This document shows positions 1-13,725 of a DNA stretch of 64,000 nucleotides, one piece after another. Source of the stretch: Cycas panzhihuaensis (Eukaryota; Plantae; Cycadophyta); contig CM041465.1 of the NCBI GenBank assembly GCA_023213395.1, positions 172,739,741 to 172,803,740 on the forward strand. Reading direction: 5' to 3'. Positions within the stretch are counted from its first letter, which is position 1; each line of letters opens with the position of its first letter. Under the pieces are notes generated by a model that saw only the letters and a program-made list of their open reading frames with translations, made no database searches and was not told the DNA's origin. Both the position numbers and the translations under genes were made by a program.

Positions 1-39
1 TCTTTTACTTATACTTATGGGTTCATGATGGACATGCTT

Positions 40-3000
40 GATATACATATTAACAGGATCTTTGCTATTCATCATAGCCTTGATCTCCATCTTTAAGTCT
101 CTAAGAACTCGTAGCCACTTAACTCTAGATTATAATACTAAAAATAATCCTTTAATTAGTGCCAAGAATTTAATTGCATTATTTGAAGTATTCCCAAGCC
201 TTTTTGCAAACTCTACATTGACATTCCCATAGGGATCTTTAATAAAGTTCTTAGCTCTAGCTAGTGGCAGATTGTGTTTTGAGGCTGCATCAAAGAATTT
301 ATGATAATGATTATTTTCTAATACCAACTTGTATTCAACCTTGTGGTCACCATGCCCAATATTCTTCACCCTACTGTGTAGTTCATCTAACATCTTAAAT
401 TCTCTAATAAAAAGGGGCTTACTTATTTGGATAACAAATTCATGGACATAGGCTAAAAGCCTCAACTGTCCTTTTATGTGGCATCGATAGGCTAATGCCG
501 ATAGGAATTTCGCTTAAGAGACAACTTTACTCTACGATAACCATACATACCAATAAACTAAATAAGGTAAGAAAATATAAATTTCTTAGATAATTAGTTT
601 ACCCTTAAGTTGATAGGGAAACTTTCCAACCCACGTCTTATCAAGATGCATAAGGCATTGATTGCCATCAAGGTGAGGAGGCATGCATTTCAATAACTTC
701 CAAACCTGACTTCACACTTCTAAAGTAAATGAGCATTACATAAACAAGTGAGTTATACTTTCTTTATTACCATTGCATAACATGAAAATGGATAGGCCTA
801 TAATTACTCTTTTGTGCATGCTTTCAATGGCTTGAATAACTCTATGCATAACTAGTCATATAAAGTGATCTAATTTTGGGACTGATGGGTTTCCCCATAA
901 TTATCTCCACCACAGTATTCCTTGTGAATTCAGGGGGTCCTTCTTCTTAACATCATTGTATATGCAACCTTGATGGTATATGATATTAAGCTCAAGTAAG
1001 GCCCCCACACAATCTTGTCATCTCCACCGTGGATCCTAATTCTTCATTGAAGAAGCATTGAGTTGAGGTGTTTATATTCTAGCTAGATGTTATAAGGAAT
1101 GCTAGGTCAATCTTCCACCACTTTAATGGTCTATTCCACATCTTCTATGCTGCCTTTTTTACAAAATTATTAACTGTATACATTTATTTCATCTAAAATC
1201 ATGATTGAAGGCTTGCAATTATGTTATTATTAAATATCGATGGTATCCCATGGATTGGGTCCAACCATACATCAACCTTATTGCCATTATTGATCTTCCA
1301 TAAGATGGCTATATTGAACAAGCCCACATCATTGAAAATCTTACTCCATATTGTAAAGCCACCGTTACATAACTTCATGTCTAGGTTCACAATGGTCTCA
1401 TGCTTCCCACTTATGTGCTTATTTACCAAAATTCTTGTAAATAGAGAATTTGGCTTTGTTCACATTTTCTATGTAATCTTAGCTCCATATAATAGAGGAA
1501 CCCTTAACAAGGGCCTAACACCTAACTTATCACTATGCTTTAGGGTGCACATTGTATCCCATTTAATAAGATGAAACTTCCTACATTCAGGGTCTTAAGT
1601 ACCTTTATATAAAACCCCCTAATTTATTTCTAGAGTTAATCTAATACTTTGATAGAAATATGGATTATTACTAGTAAATAGATCATAATAGACTTGAATA
1701 CTACTTTTCTAAGAATGGCTTTATCAACAAGGGATAACCATATAAAGGTCTAAGAATTAATCCTTAGGCCTATCTAATCCATAACCTCTTTTTATTGAGC
1801 TACCCTTTGTCTCTTATAACCAATGGGGACATTAGGATACGTGAAAAACTATTTTCCTTCATATAACTGGAACCCCATAATTAAGTTTAACCTTCAAGAT
1901 ATGGCATTGGAATAATTAACTATCACGACCTTGGAATTTTTTAAATTGATCTTAGCTCCAGATACTAAACAAAACCACTCTAGGATGTCTTTAAATTTCC
2001 TTACCTCAAACATTGATGCATGACTAAAAAGTAAAGCATCATCAATGAATTAAGTGTTGGAGATGTTCTTTAATCCTAAAGTGATAAGAAGACAAATGCC
2101 CATGTCTTCATTCATGAGATTGCATCCTAGTAAGGGCCTTGGTCATGATCATAAATAAGATAGGTGACATAGGGCATCCTTGCCTACTATCCCTCAAGGC
2201 TTTAAAAAATTCAGTAGGACATCTATTAACTAGCACTAAAAATCAGGAAGTACAAATGCAAGCCTTGATCCACCCAATCTATATATCATTAAATCCTTTT
2301 TTTGTAAAGATCTTCAATAAAAATCCCCAAAGAAGTTGATCAAAATCATTTATGAAGTCAAGCATCATCAACATCAACTTCCTCTTAAAAATATGAGCCA
2401 AGTGAATAATCCCTTGGGCTATAATCACCTGATCAATAATTAAAATACCTTCAATAGCCCCACCCTACTTTATATAGACGATAGAAGGTAAAATTTCCTA
2501 GTGCTTAATGACCATAACTTTAACAATTATTTTGTATAGAAAGTTACACAAGGAGATAGGTCTAAACCTTACCATATTAGATGCATGCTTCTCCTTTAAA
2601 ATTAATGTTAAAAATGTGAAGTTTAATATTTTAAACATGTGCCTACTTCTTTTGAATTCTTTTACCATTCAAAGTAAATAAGGCTTTATGAGCTCTCATG
2701 TCACTTAGAAAACGTTTGCTTGGAATCCATCCAGTCCTAGAGATTTATTAAGTTTCATTACGAATATCACATGGCACAACTCACCCAAGGTGACCAATTT
2801 TATTAGGTTGGAATTCATTTTCGGAATTACCACCCTTGGAATAATCTTTAACATCTGGCATTATATGAGTTCTCTACCTATTTAGTCTTATAGTAATAGT
2901 GTTGCAAAATGGTCTCTTATAGTTACTTGAATATCTATGTGTGTATGATCTATGAAACCACCACTAGTTTAGAGGTTTGCTATTCTATTTTCCATTTATT

Positions 3001-3220
3001 GAGCTTTAGCTGCTTTATGAAAGAATCAAGAGTTAGTGTCCCTCTAATTAACTTATAACATATAAGAATGAAGTCTGATAAGTGCATTGTAATCTTTCAA
3101 AATGGATTTTAATTTGGTTATTAGATCTACCTCCTCTATTTTGTCTATTACGGTATTGTATCCTACATTTATTTCTTATTTAAAGATTTTAGTCTATCCA
3201 TAATCAATTGACACTCCATC
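40..3220 (-). pseudogene. LINE ORF2 C-terminal part: reverse transcriptase, zf-RVT, RNase H-like domain
   Basis: FRPISLCNF (~2545), RQGCPMSP, TYPNVP (YLGVP equivalent), VDVWLDP; RNase H HKFFDAASKHN...IKDPYG...FAKRLGNTSNNAIKFLALIKGL in ORF 130-465. Many stops. Confidence 0.85.
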
Positions 3221-3750
3221 TATTTTCTGGCTACTGGAAATAGACATGGGTGACTTGACTCAGGTAAGTGCAGGTATGCTTCTATCTTCATTCCCATTGG
3301 CTTTAGGCTAATATTAGATTGTCGATAGAGGCACATTACACATTGATTAATTGATTATATAATCATTATGCATTATTTGCCTGTGCATGTTGCATCTCAA
3401 CACCTTAGCTTATGATGACTTGGGGTACACACCCCATGGCAATCTACAACCCTCCACCATGTCTCCACCACATTTCCAAGCACTCTCGACTCCTGTAGCC
3501 CATCTTTTATCATTCTTTGGTGTGACATGACTTCCCTAGTGACCTATTTAGCCCTGGATGTCACCTTTGCTTCCCAATTGTCTCTTTTCGAGGCCTTGTT
3601 GCCACTTCTTCACGTGCACTATAGTCCCTCTAGGTCCCATGACCCTCCTTACCACCTTGACATTGCATTATTGCCCATTTGAGGTCTAGAACTCCCCTTT
3701 TTGGAAGTCTCTTGGGCTCCCCCCTTTTATTTTGCCTTAGTCTTGGCTAC

Positions 3751-3862
3751 ACCACTGGAAACTCTGTGGTACTGCTGGAAACTCCACGGTACTGCTGCAA
3801 ACTCCATGGTACCACTGCAAACTCCATGGTACCATTGCAAACTCAATGGTACCATGAAGTTT
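3751..3862 (+). repeat. 20-bp tandem repeat (5 units, ACCACTGCAAACTCCATGGT-like) in 5' LTR
   Basis: Visible 20-bp periodicity; only one unit at the matching position of the 3' LTR (19162-19195). Confidence 0.9.
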
Positions 3863-5094
3863 ACTGTAGTGCAACTATTCAAAAGCCTTTTTTTATCTAA
3901 CCATAACTAATTTCACATTAAATATGAAATTGCTATGTAGCGTTGGGATATTTCCCACCCAAGGCGAACCCTAATAACCTGTTAAGTTAGGTTTGGGTTT
4001 AAAAACCTAAGATTTTCCTCATTTCTTCCCTCTCTGTCTTCTTCCTCTTCTTCTCAAGGAAAAGTTATGAAACAAACTCCTACCTAGCTGTACCTACCTC
4101 CTACTCTCCCTATCATCTCTTATAGGGTAGAAATGTGAGTTGTAGGTCTGCAGCAGTACCTCTTGAGATAGATCCATATCACAAGTGCTTTACCAAGCCT
4201 CAAGAACTAGGTTTTCTGTAGGTTATGCTTCTCCTTCACACCATTATAGGGATTTTCCAGTAGTCCTCCAAGGGGAACCTCATCTTCTACTAGTTTACAT
4301 GGTAGATTTGCCTTAGATCTACCCTTACCAAGTACCTACATGCCTGTATATGCTCCTCCTTTTACAGCAAAAGCATCCTCTTTGTTTGTCTTTCCTATTT
4401 GTGTGTGTGAAGCCCCCCTTCATTCTTCCATCTTGGGAGGCAAACCCTCCCTTCCATTGGTTCATCCCTCTTCTCCTTAAAGTTTTCCTTAGGTCCATCC
4501 AAGGAGGTGGAAGGAAAAGTGACCTATGGAGAGAGAAAGGAGCTTTAGGCAGGGTTATGCACCATTACGCCTTCTCGGTAAGGGCAACCCCCTACTCTCC
4601 ATTCCTTTTCCTTCTCTATATCTCCCTTGTTCACCCATAACTTTTGGGATAGGGAGCTCTGCAGATTGTAGCATTAATAGCTCCTTGCTACGACTGTAAC
4701 CAACCACTAAGAACCCCATAAAACCTTGTTATTAGCACCCCTTCTTGTGTTTTTTAGCCTTGGGTTTGCTTTTACAAAATCTTGCAAAAGTTGTACTTTT
4801 ATAGTTTTTGTAACTTTCTTGCAACATTTCTTCTCTTATGTAAAACCTACTATTTTCTTTACTATCGGATGGTCTTGTCCCTCTTGGCCATTTGCTTGAG
4901 TGCTTGGGAACATGGAGATATTCTATTAGGAGGGTTAGCTATTCTGAGGCTACCCATCTTCCTCCCTTTCACCCCTCTACCCATATTATTGGATTGTTAT
5001 GCATACATGGTAAAACAAAACTAACATTGTATATTTGATTATTCAAAAAATATTCGTCAGGGGTTATCTTTTTGCTCCTTTCTTTCGAAGAAAA

Positions 5095-5096
<2 letters not shown>

Positions 5097-5161
<65 letters not shown>
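5097..5161. repeat. (TA)n microsatellite inside 5' LTR
   Basis: Pure TA run; homologous longer run in the 3' LTR. Confidence 0.97.
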
Positions 5162-5166
<5 letters not shown>

Positions 5167-6528
5167 TTTATACATACTAGCTCCCATGTACATCTAGTAC
5201 CCCTTGGGAAAGGGAAAATCATTTGTTGTGCAGGTTCCATCTGCTTGAAGTGAACAAAGGCCTTCATTGTAGGTATGCACACTTTCTACATCATTATTAT
5301 AATACTTTGAAATTTTGTTATAATCATTCCTTTCTTTCCCTTTATTTTCTTTCACATTTGGGTATTGGGGAAGGTAAGGAAGCCCCTGCCGATGTTCCTT
5401 TCGCTACACCATCTGTGACAAGTTGCATCAAGGAAGCAAGCGTGGATTGTGAAGGAAGCAAGGAGACCTATACATCTCGACCGTCTAGTTTTTGGGTACG
5501 TCATTTCCATCTTGTCCTTTTGCTCCTTGCCCTCTTCCCACCTTTCTATTCCAAAAAATAAAAAGGAAAGATCAAAGGAAAAGATAGTTTACACTACATT
5601 GCTTACTGCTTGTCTTGTTTAGCTACGTAAGGGAAGACTATTACTTTGCATAAGTAGGTGTTACTCCCTGCTAGCTACATCTATACTTTATCTCCCTCCC
5701 ACTCAAACTCTTACTTCCACTAGGATTTGGGTGGGATAGGTTGTGCATCCTTCTACTTGCACCTTACTTTCCCCAGCATACTATTAAGTTGACTTACATT
5801 TATGCTTATACTCTTTTCCTTGCTTGCTTGCTTGCCTTTTCTATTCTATACTTATAAAAGGTAAAGAGAGGGAGGTTAATACTTAGGAAAAGAAAGAGTG
5901 AGTGTGTTGTTTTTTTCGTTCTCCTTTCTACTTGGAAACAAAATAGAAATAGCAATAACTCGTACCCCTATATTGTCTCACTACATAACAAAGACAAAGA
6001 TATAAAACACCTTACTTTATTTCCCACACCTAACTCCCATCTTAGGTGTAAAAGCCTTGAGGGCACCACCCCTTAAGGTCATCTTTTCTCCCATTTAGTA
6101 AAGCCTCTCTTTGCTTAAATTTCAGTCAGGAGTAAGTCCTTTAGCTCAACTTCCTCCTCATCACCCACATCGCTAGTCACTTGTGGCTCGCGCGTGAGTC
6201 TTCTTTTTAGTTAGGACTTACTCCCCCCATTCCCTCTTTGTAGAAAAAGGTGTGTCCCCACCTTTACCCTCCTTCCTTAGCCTTTTAAGACAAGAGGGTC
6301 TTTTTAGAGGCTACTTGGCAAACCAAGGAAGACCCTCTCTTGCCCAACCTCAAATCGAGGATGTGTTTACCCAAAAGGGAATTTGTATGCCATTTGCGGG
6401 TCCTCGAACATGCATTTCAATGTATAGATGCCCTTTGTGGGTGATTGTTTCCCTTACCCTTATAAATCCTTTAGCCATGAAGTTGTTAGTTGTATTGGCT
6501 CAATCTCTTCGAATCTGGTGATCCCCAG

Positions 6529-6550
6529 AGGTATGACTCCACTGGGGATC
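6529..6550 (+). promoter_or_regulatory. Primer-binding site, tRNA-Arg type (degenerate)
   Basis: AGGTATGACTCCACTGGGGATC resembles the TGGCGACTCCACTGGGGA PBS of Tat/Ogre elements and lies at the LTR boundary. Confidence 0.75.
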
Positions 6551-6559
6551 ATACTAGGG

Positions 6560-9500
6560 ACTCATTAGTAAGGGATCTATCCTTTTCCTTTTCTATTGGT
6601 GCTACTTCTCTTTCAGTAGCTCTCATCAATTTATTGGGTAGCCCCCAAGGAAAGACTTTTATGCAACGATTCTCTCGTCATTTACAAGACCTCCCTCCCT
6701 TGTTGGAAGACTCTCCTTATCATCCCCTTCCATCATCATATTATGATTCAACTATGGAGGGATTTCCTTTGGATTGGGCATATCACACTTGAGTTTCTGA
6801 GTCCCATCAACTCTCTACTTCCTTTTAAGAGCCCGCCCAAGAGGGCAAGGACCCTATCTTCTACCCGGGTGACTAAGAGCACCTGTAGGACCATCACCTT
6901 TCCACTCATAAAGTGGAAGTGCCTTCCCCCTTGGAGTATCACCACCCTGGTGGAGATCCTCATGAGGACCACCATATAGGGTCCGCTTCATATGAGGATC
7001 CTTTGACCTTATATGATCAGGTGGATACTCCTCCTGCGGATGTGGTAGAAGTGCTCAACCAGTGCTTCCAAGCCGCTAGCCTCCAACCACATCCTAAATG
7101 GTTGGATAGCATTTTGTGAAGCATAATGCTCCCCTCCTCCACATCTACACCTTCACATTCATCCCATTTGACTCCCTTACCCACAATGAGGGCATCCCTC
7201 CTTGTGTCTTCTTCATCTTGTGGCCTGCCTTCCTTAGGGGCCACCCATGGTGTACACACTCCTCAACTTGGGTTGAGTATACCTCTCTCTAGCCAAATGA
7301 CTACAACCCAACCTAACGTAGTCCATTCGCCTCCTGTTAGATCTAGGGGACCTATGTATCCCCCTACTTCTAGCCGAGTGGGACCAATACCCACACACTC
7401 CCAAACTCAATCTAGGGATTCCTCCCTCTGCATGCCCCTAGGATATACCTCCTAACCATGGTGGCATTATAAAGGGAATCCTCTCCCTATTTATGGGATA
7501 GACCCTTTGCATCCATATGGTGTTGCACCACCTACAAGTAACCCATATGGCCAAAACCTGGTTCCACACCCTTCTATTCCATCTCCTTATGCTTATTCTT
7601 ATGTGGTGCCTTCACAAGGAGGGCAAGCCCCTTCCCAAGGTGCCCCCTCTCAAGCCCCCTTTCAACAAGGGGTACACCCTCAAGGGGGAATGGGTCCCTG
7701 ATACCCATCCGCTTCTCTTCCAATCCCTTTGTATGTGGGACTAGCCCCATCCTACCAGATGGGAGGAAGTTCATATCTCCTTTCGGGCCAAGTCTCCCAA
7801 GGAGGATTAAGGTATCCTTGTCCACCTCCACCTTTATCTTTTGTTGATCCTATGATCCAATCAAGGGCGCACCCCTTCATGGACTATAGGTAAACTCCTT
7901 TATCCATTGAGGTGTTAAGAACTAACTTACCACCTTACCCTCGTGAGGTACCTAAGTTTGACAGGACCTCCTCTTAAGACCCAATGGAGCATGTTAGGAG
8001 CTTTTCTATGGCATGCATCGATTATTGGTTGTATGACCCCATTTTAATGAAGCTTTTTGCATGCTCCCTTAAAGGTAATGTCCTCAAATGGTTCTATCAC
8101 CTTCCTGCACACTCCATCCACTCATTCTAGTAAGGCTCTCTTGTCCCTTCAGTAAGGTTATGATAAAATAAGTCATGACTTCGTGAGGTATTTCCACAAT
8201 CTTCTCTACTCCATGAAGGCAACACTGCCCAAGGAGTTAAAGAGCAATCTCTTTGTCAATACCTTTCATCCCAAAGTCCATGTTGAAGTCCTCAAGATAG
8301 GGGCAATAACATGCAACTCGACTATAGCCAAATGCTTAGCTCTTGAGGCCATTAAGATCCATGGAGGTCTCAAGAAGCTTCTTAGGTCATCGCAACGATG
8401 TGAGGTACCTCTTCCATCCTGCAATACCAAAAACCAACAACCTCTTAGGCCTTTGTCTCATTTAACAGAGAAGACCTTGGACACCTTGACTTCTGCTATA
8501 CATTCTTTTGAATGTATGATGAAGGAACTTAAACTCCAAGTGCCTTCATCACCTACTTCCCATAAACCAGTCCATCAAGCCTCTCAAGCCACACCTCCTA
8601 AGAATGGTAATACCCAAGCTTCTCAAGCAAGGAAGGTAGATTCTTCCTTGGAGAAGTGGTATTCCATTCATGGGGAATGCTTTCATGGGAAATCACAATG
8701 TAGGATGCAGCACCCCAAAGCCACTCCACATCGTAACTCCTCCTTTAAATGGGCATCTAGACCCAATCTAGACCAACCCATCCATAAGGATCCTTTCCCC
8801 AAACAAGGGGAATGGGATCGCCACATTCAACAAAAAGGGAATCAAAATAGAGGAAGATCCCCTAACCCTGGCCTTGCGCAAGTTAAAGGAAAAGGGGTAA
8901 GGAACTCTTCTTCCTTCATGATTCCTATTACCAAACTCATTTCCCCTCTCGGTCCTGAAAAAAGGGAAAGAGGGTTATTCAAATGCTTGAGGCTATACCA
9001 TTATACACCTTGACCTAGTCCTAAGCAACCAAAGAAGCAAGCGATGCTTCTTCTTCTCCTCATCTCGACCCTCCTTTGGAGAACCCTCCTTCTAAGATCC
9101 CGCCGCTTCCCAAGACTATCCCTATGTGCCCCAATCATTATAATTTTTGAAGGGCACTTCCCTAACCTACCGCGAAGGGGAAGCCCTTCTCTATCATCGA
9201 TGAGCTTCACATCATGGCCGCAGAGATGTCCATAATAGATGTCTTAAGAAGCTATCTAGAGTAACGCACTCTTCTCCTAGAGACTTTAGGGTTAGTCGAT
9301 GCTTCGATTCATGCCTTGGGTGTTACCCCAAGCCGTGAACTTGTTATCTTGTTTAACCTTAAAGATCTCCCTCCAACCGGTGAAAGGGAACGTCAATGGC
9401 ACTACCCCTTCATTATATCTATAGACACATCAGAATGCCCTTATGCATCATACAAGAGTTAGACATATCGTTTGTTGAACTGGTCTTGTGGCATTGTCAA

Positions 9501-12500
9501 GGCTATGATGGTAGCGAAAAGATGCTTTTGGGGTCAGTTTTTATTGTTGGAGTGTAATGTCATCACTCAACTCCCTCTTACCTACCAGGATTGTGCACCT
9601 CAATTTAGACATGTGATGCTCAACATGTCAAGGTAAGTTAAGGTAAGTTGAGTTAGTTTCATTTGAGTTAAGTTGTATTATTTTATTATTAATTTGAATT
9701 GTGGGTTGAGGAGTTCCCCTCCTTCCCCAAACTATAAATGTTAAGGGGTGTACAACCCTGGTGTCTTTAGACACCGCCTACCTTTGAGGAGATTTGTAAT
9801 GCTCATTATTGCTACAATGGATTGAACAACAAGGCTTTCATGTTCTTTATGCTATTGTGATTGTGACACATTGATGTATTGATGCAATACTGGTTTATGG
9901 TTATTTGATATATGTTTTGACCTGTTCTCCTTGCAAGTATATTTCCTTCATATGGTATTAGAGCATAGTCCTGCTAGTCTATTTTCCTTCATTTATTCCT
10001 CTTACTCTTGAGGATAAAATTGTCCTTATCAATATCGTAGTCCTCAATGTAGACATAGACTATAATTTTTTTTTGGGACATCCATGGCTCAACCAGATAG
10101 TAGTTGTGTGCTCATCCTATTGAGGGCAACATAAATTCATCTATGAGGGGCAAATGAAGGTTGTTTCCCAAGAGCCTCCTCCTACTAAACAATCCTATCA
10201 ACCCTATCAAGCGGTTCACGATCAGGCGAAGGGCACCAAGGGTCCATTTGCCCATGCATTCGCTTGTTCCATCGATATTCCTAATTCGTCTTATTTAGAA
10301 GAATGCCCTTCTCTTCTTCCTCCAACCTTATCTGTTTTGCCCCTTTTGGTGTAGCGAGCCATGGGTACCTCATCGTGCTAAGCGACAATGAGTTCGACGG
10401 TGAGGATGAGGACCTCCCTCATCCTGTATTGTTTCTGAATATGAGTAGGGGATGCTCCTTTTGTTCCAGGTCTTGACCTGAAACCTCTTCCATTGAAGAG
10501 CTTATTTCTCCTCCTAAGTCACATACCATTGCTCCTGTCGCTTCATCTGCTACTTCATCGCCCTCCTTGAGCTATGAGATGAGGGGACCTTACAAGAGGT
10601 TGCCCTCTGACTCTTCCAAAGAATCTCTTAACTATGTTGAGTGGTGGGTTGACTACTATGGTCCCATTGCCCCTACAACCCCTCGATCTTCGTCTTCTCT
10701 AAGTATAACTATCCACGGGATAAATTATTTTGAGAATGATGAAGCCTTGCTAGAGCACTTAGTGGGCTCTGTACCTAATCTCCCTCATGGTCACCATGGA
10801 CTTGGTCACTGGAAGATTTTAGTTGTTGGGTTGCCCTTAGTCGACCCGAATCTACTTTCGTCCTCTTCGCCCCCTCCTATTGACCAAGCCCCCCTTCACT
10901 TTGAGGAAGGGGATGCCATGTGCATGGGAGCAACTGAGGACATTGTCCTTACCCCTGGCAAGGTCATCAAGGTGGGAATAGAATGTTCCCCTAGAGAAAT
11001 GAAGGAATACACCCTTCTTTTCCAAGAATTTTGTGACGTCTTCGTGTGGGATTACTCTGACATGAAGGAAATAGACCTTTCTATTGTCACCCATAACCTC
11101 ACTACCATTTCGGGCGCTCGCCATGTACAGCAAAGATAATGCCTTCTTCATCCTAAACTTTCAGCTGTCGTGAAGATGGAAGTTGAGAAACTCCTAGACA
11201 TGGGGTTAATCACCTCAATTGACTACCCTAAGTAGGTCTCAAACATCGTTCTTATTGCTAAAAAGAATGGGATGATTCAGATATGTCTTGATTTTCATGA
11301 CATTAACATTACATATCTTAAAGATAGCTTTCCTCTACCCTTTTTTGATCAAATTATTGATCAAACTACTGGATTTGAGGTCATGTATTTGATGGATGGC
11401 TTCTCTAGGTACAACAAGATCCAAATCTCTCCTGAAGATTGTCACAAAATAGCCTTCACTACTCCTTAGGGCACTTTTGCTTACAAAGTGATGCCTTTTG
11501 GGATCAAAAATATAGGCACTACTTATCAGAGGGCAATGCAATTTACCTTCCATGATCTTATTAACAAAACCCTTGAGGTTTTCATTAATGACATGATGGG
11601 TCTCTCATGCATAAGGGCCCACCACCTTAGTGATTTGTGAGCCATCTTCACCAGATGTCGCAAATACCATGTGAGCTTAAACCCTCTTAAATACGTGTTT
11701 GCTATGACATGTAGCAAACTCCTTAGTTTCCTTGTCTTGAAATAAGGAATCTCGATTGATCCTGGCAAAGTTAAGGCCATCCTTGATATGCCTCCTCCTA
11801 AGACCCAACAACAAATCAAGTAATTCTTGGGTAGATTAGACTTCCTTATGTGTTTCTTGGTGAACTTTGCCATAAACGTAAAACTCCTCACTAATTTATT
11901 GAAGAAAGCGTCCCCATTTGTTTGGTCTCCAAAGGCCCAAGAAGCCTTCGAAGAGCTCAAAAGAGCCTTAGCTTCTGCCCTAACCTTGGTGCCCCCTCTC
12001 TTCGATCGACCCTTCATCCTTTATATCTCAGCCTCTAATGAGTCCTTGGGGGCCATGCTCGCCCAAGAGGATGACTTGGGAACTGAGAAGGTTATCTACT
12101 TTATCAGCCACACCTTAGTTGCTGTTGAGCTCAACTACTCTCCTGCTGAGGAGGAATGCCTCTCCTTGGTGCATGCTAACAATAAATTTAGGCACTACTT
12201 GCTCGAAAATACAACTCAAGTGATCATCCAATCTGATCCCTTGAGGTATCTGCTAACCTGATCTGACTTGACAGGCAAGACTGGCAAGTGGGCCATCCTC
12301 CTTAAAGAATTCAATCTCCAAATTGTTAAAAGGAAATCAAAGAAGGGGATGGTAGTTGCCAAATAACTGGCTGACACCCCCATCCCCAACTATTCGAACA
12401 CACTTGTTGATGATTCCCTACCGAACGAGCCTATCTTTTCTATTCAAGACTCATCCTCCCATCCACAGACTGATAGTGAGTGATGTGGGGACATCGTACG

Positions 12501-13725
12501 ATACCTCACTAAATAATAGTATAATCCTGGTCCTAGTGATAAGGCAAGGTCACATATTAGAGCTACTATGAGGCAGTACTTCCTTATGGAAGGGGTATTA
12601 TACAAGGGATCCTTCGGTGGGGTCCTCCTTCATTGTGTCAATCTCGACAAAGTGAACTAGATACTTCATGAGTACCATAACGAAATTTGTGGGGGCCACT
12701 TTGGGGGCTAATCCATGGCCTAAAGGATGCTTCGCATGGGTTATTATTAATCATCCCACTTCAAAGATGCCCATGCCTATGCCCTGTGATGTAGTAGGTG
12801 TCAGGAGCATGCCAACGTCATCTACTTGCCTTCCAAAGCCTTACACCCTGTTATATCTCCATGGTCTTTCTCCCAACAGGGATTAGACCTCATTGGGGCC
12901 ATAACCCCTCCTTCATTGTCACATCACAAGTTCATTTTAACTGTAATTAAATACTTTACTAAATAGGCTGAAGCGGTCGCCCTATCCTCTACTTCTGGTA
13001 AGATAATAATTACTTTTGTCTACCAAGATATTATATATCGATTCAGGGTTCCCAATATCTTGATCATAGATAACATAACCCTCTTTTGTAATTAGGAAAT
13101 ATATGGGATTTTTAAGAAATTTAGGATATCCCACAAGACTTTATCCCCTTATTACCCTTAGGTCAATGGCCAAATCAAATCTTTCAACAAAACTCTCATA
13201 AACATCTTGAAGAAGTCCATCGCTCAATCTCAAAAAGATTGGCATCTTTAATTTCCTTCAACCCTATGGATGTATCACAGTTCCATCTGCACAGCTACAG
13301 GGATGACTTCATTCTCCCTTGTGTATGGAACTGAGGTGGTCCTCCCTTTGGAAGATGAAATTCCTTCCTTGTGTGTTTCCCTTCAAGGTGTTGTCAATGA
13401 GGAATCCTATCGCTATGCCCACCTCCTTGACCTTGAAGCTTTAGATGAGAAATGTTTGACCACGTATCAAGCAAATCTTGCCTCCAAAGCTAGGGAGTAA
13501 AGAACATATGACAAATGGCTTCGCCCTTGTCCTTTACATCCCAGGGATCATGTCCTCAAGTTAGAGTATCTCCATGACTACTTGTCTAAATTCAGACCTA
13601 AATGGGTTGGTTCGTTCATCGTTCTCGAAAGCCTCTACAATGGCGCTTATAGGATTGTAACTATAGAAGGTCTTGAGTTTGAGAAAGCTGTCAACGGTAA
13701 ATTCCTAAAGAAATTCTATATGTGA
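6560..13725 (+). pseudogene. Tat gag-pol polyprotein (Pro-rich N-terminus, gag, protease, RT, RNase H, integrase), decayed
   Basis: gag PKFD...DPMEHV...LKGNVLKWF (~7950-8100); protease YNFFLGHPWL (~10060); RT DVFVWDYSDM, CLDFHDIN, MDGFSRYNKI, YKVMPFG (11030-11600); RH 11827-12400; INT CGGHFG, GLDLIG, SLVYGTEVVLP, PKWVGSF; stop at ~13725. No extra RNase H between RH and INT. Start approximate. Confidence 0.9.
9545..9991 (+). mobile_element. Solo LTR (447 bp) inserted in the Tat protease
   Basis: TG...CA ends; perfect TSD TTTAT (9540-9544, 9992-9996); removal restores GSVF-IPLTLEDKIV; TATA-like CTATAAAT at ~9732. Confidence 0.9.

Larger units (their letters stand above)
3221..6538 (+). repeat. 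5' LTR of Tat element
   Basis: Colinear with 18633-21900; in the first 60 bp there are 12 mismatches, 11 of them transitions. Confidence 0.92.

Noticed and set aside
3751-3862. CRISPR-like appearance of the 20-bp repeats
   Set aside because: Contiguous units without unique spacers, inside a plant LTR.
4969-5282. YIYIYI ORFs (also 20309-20657 and 27665-28176)
   Set aside because: Translations of (TA)n microsatellites.
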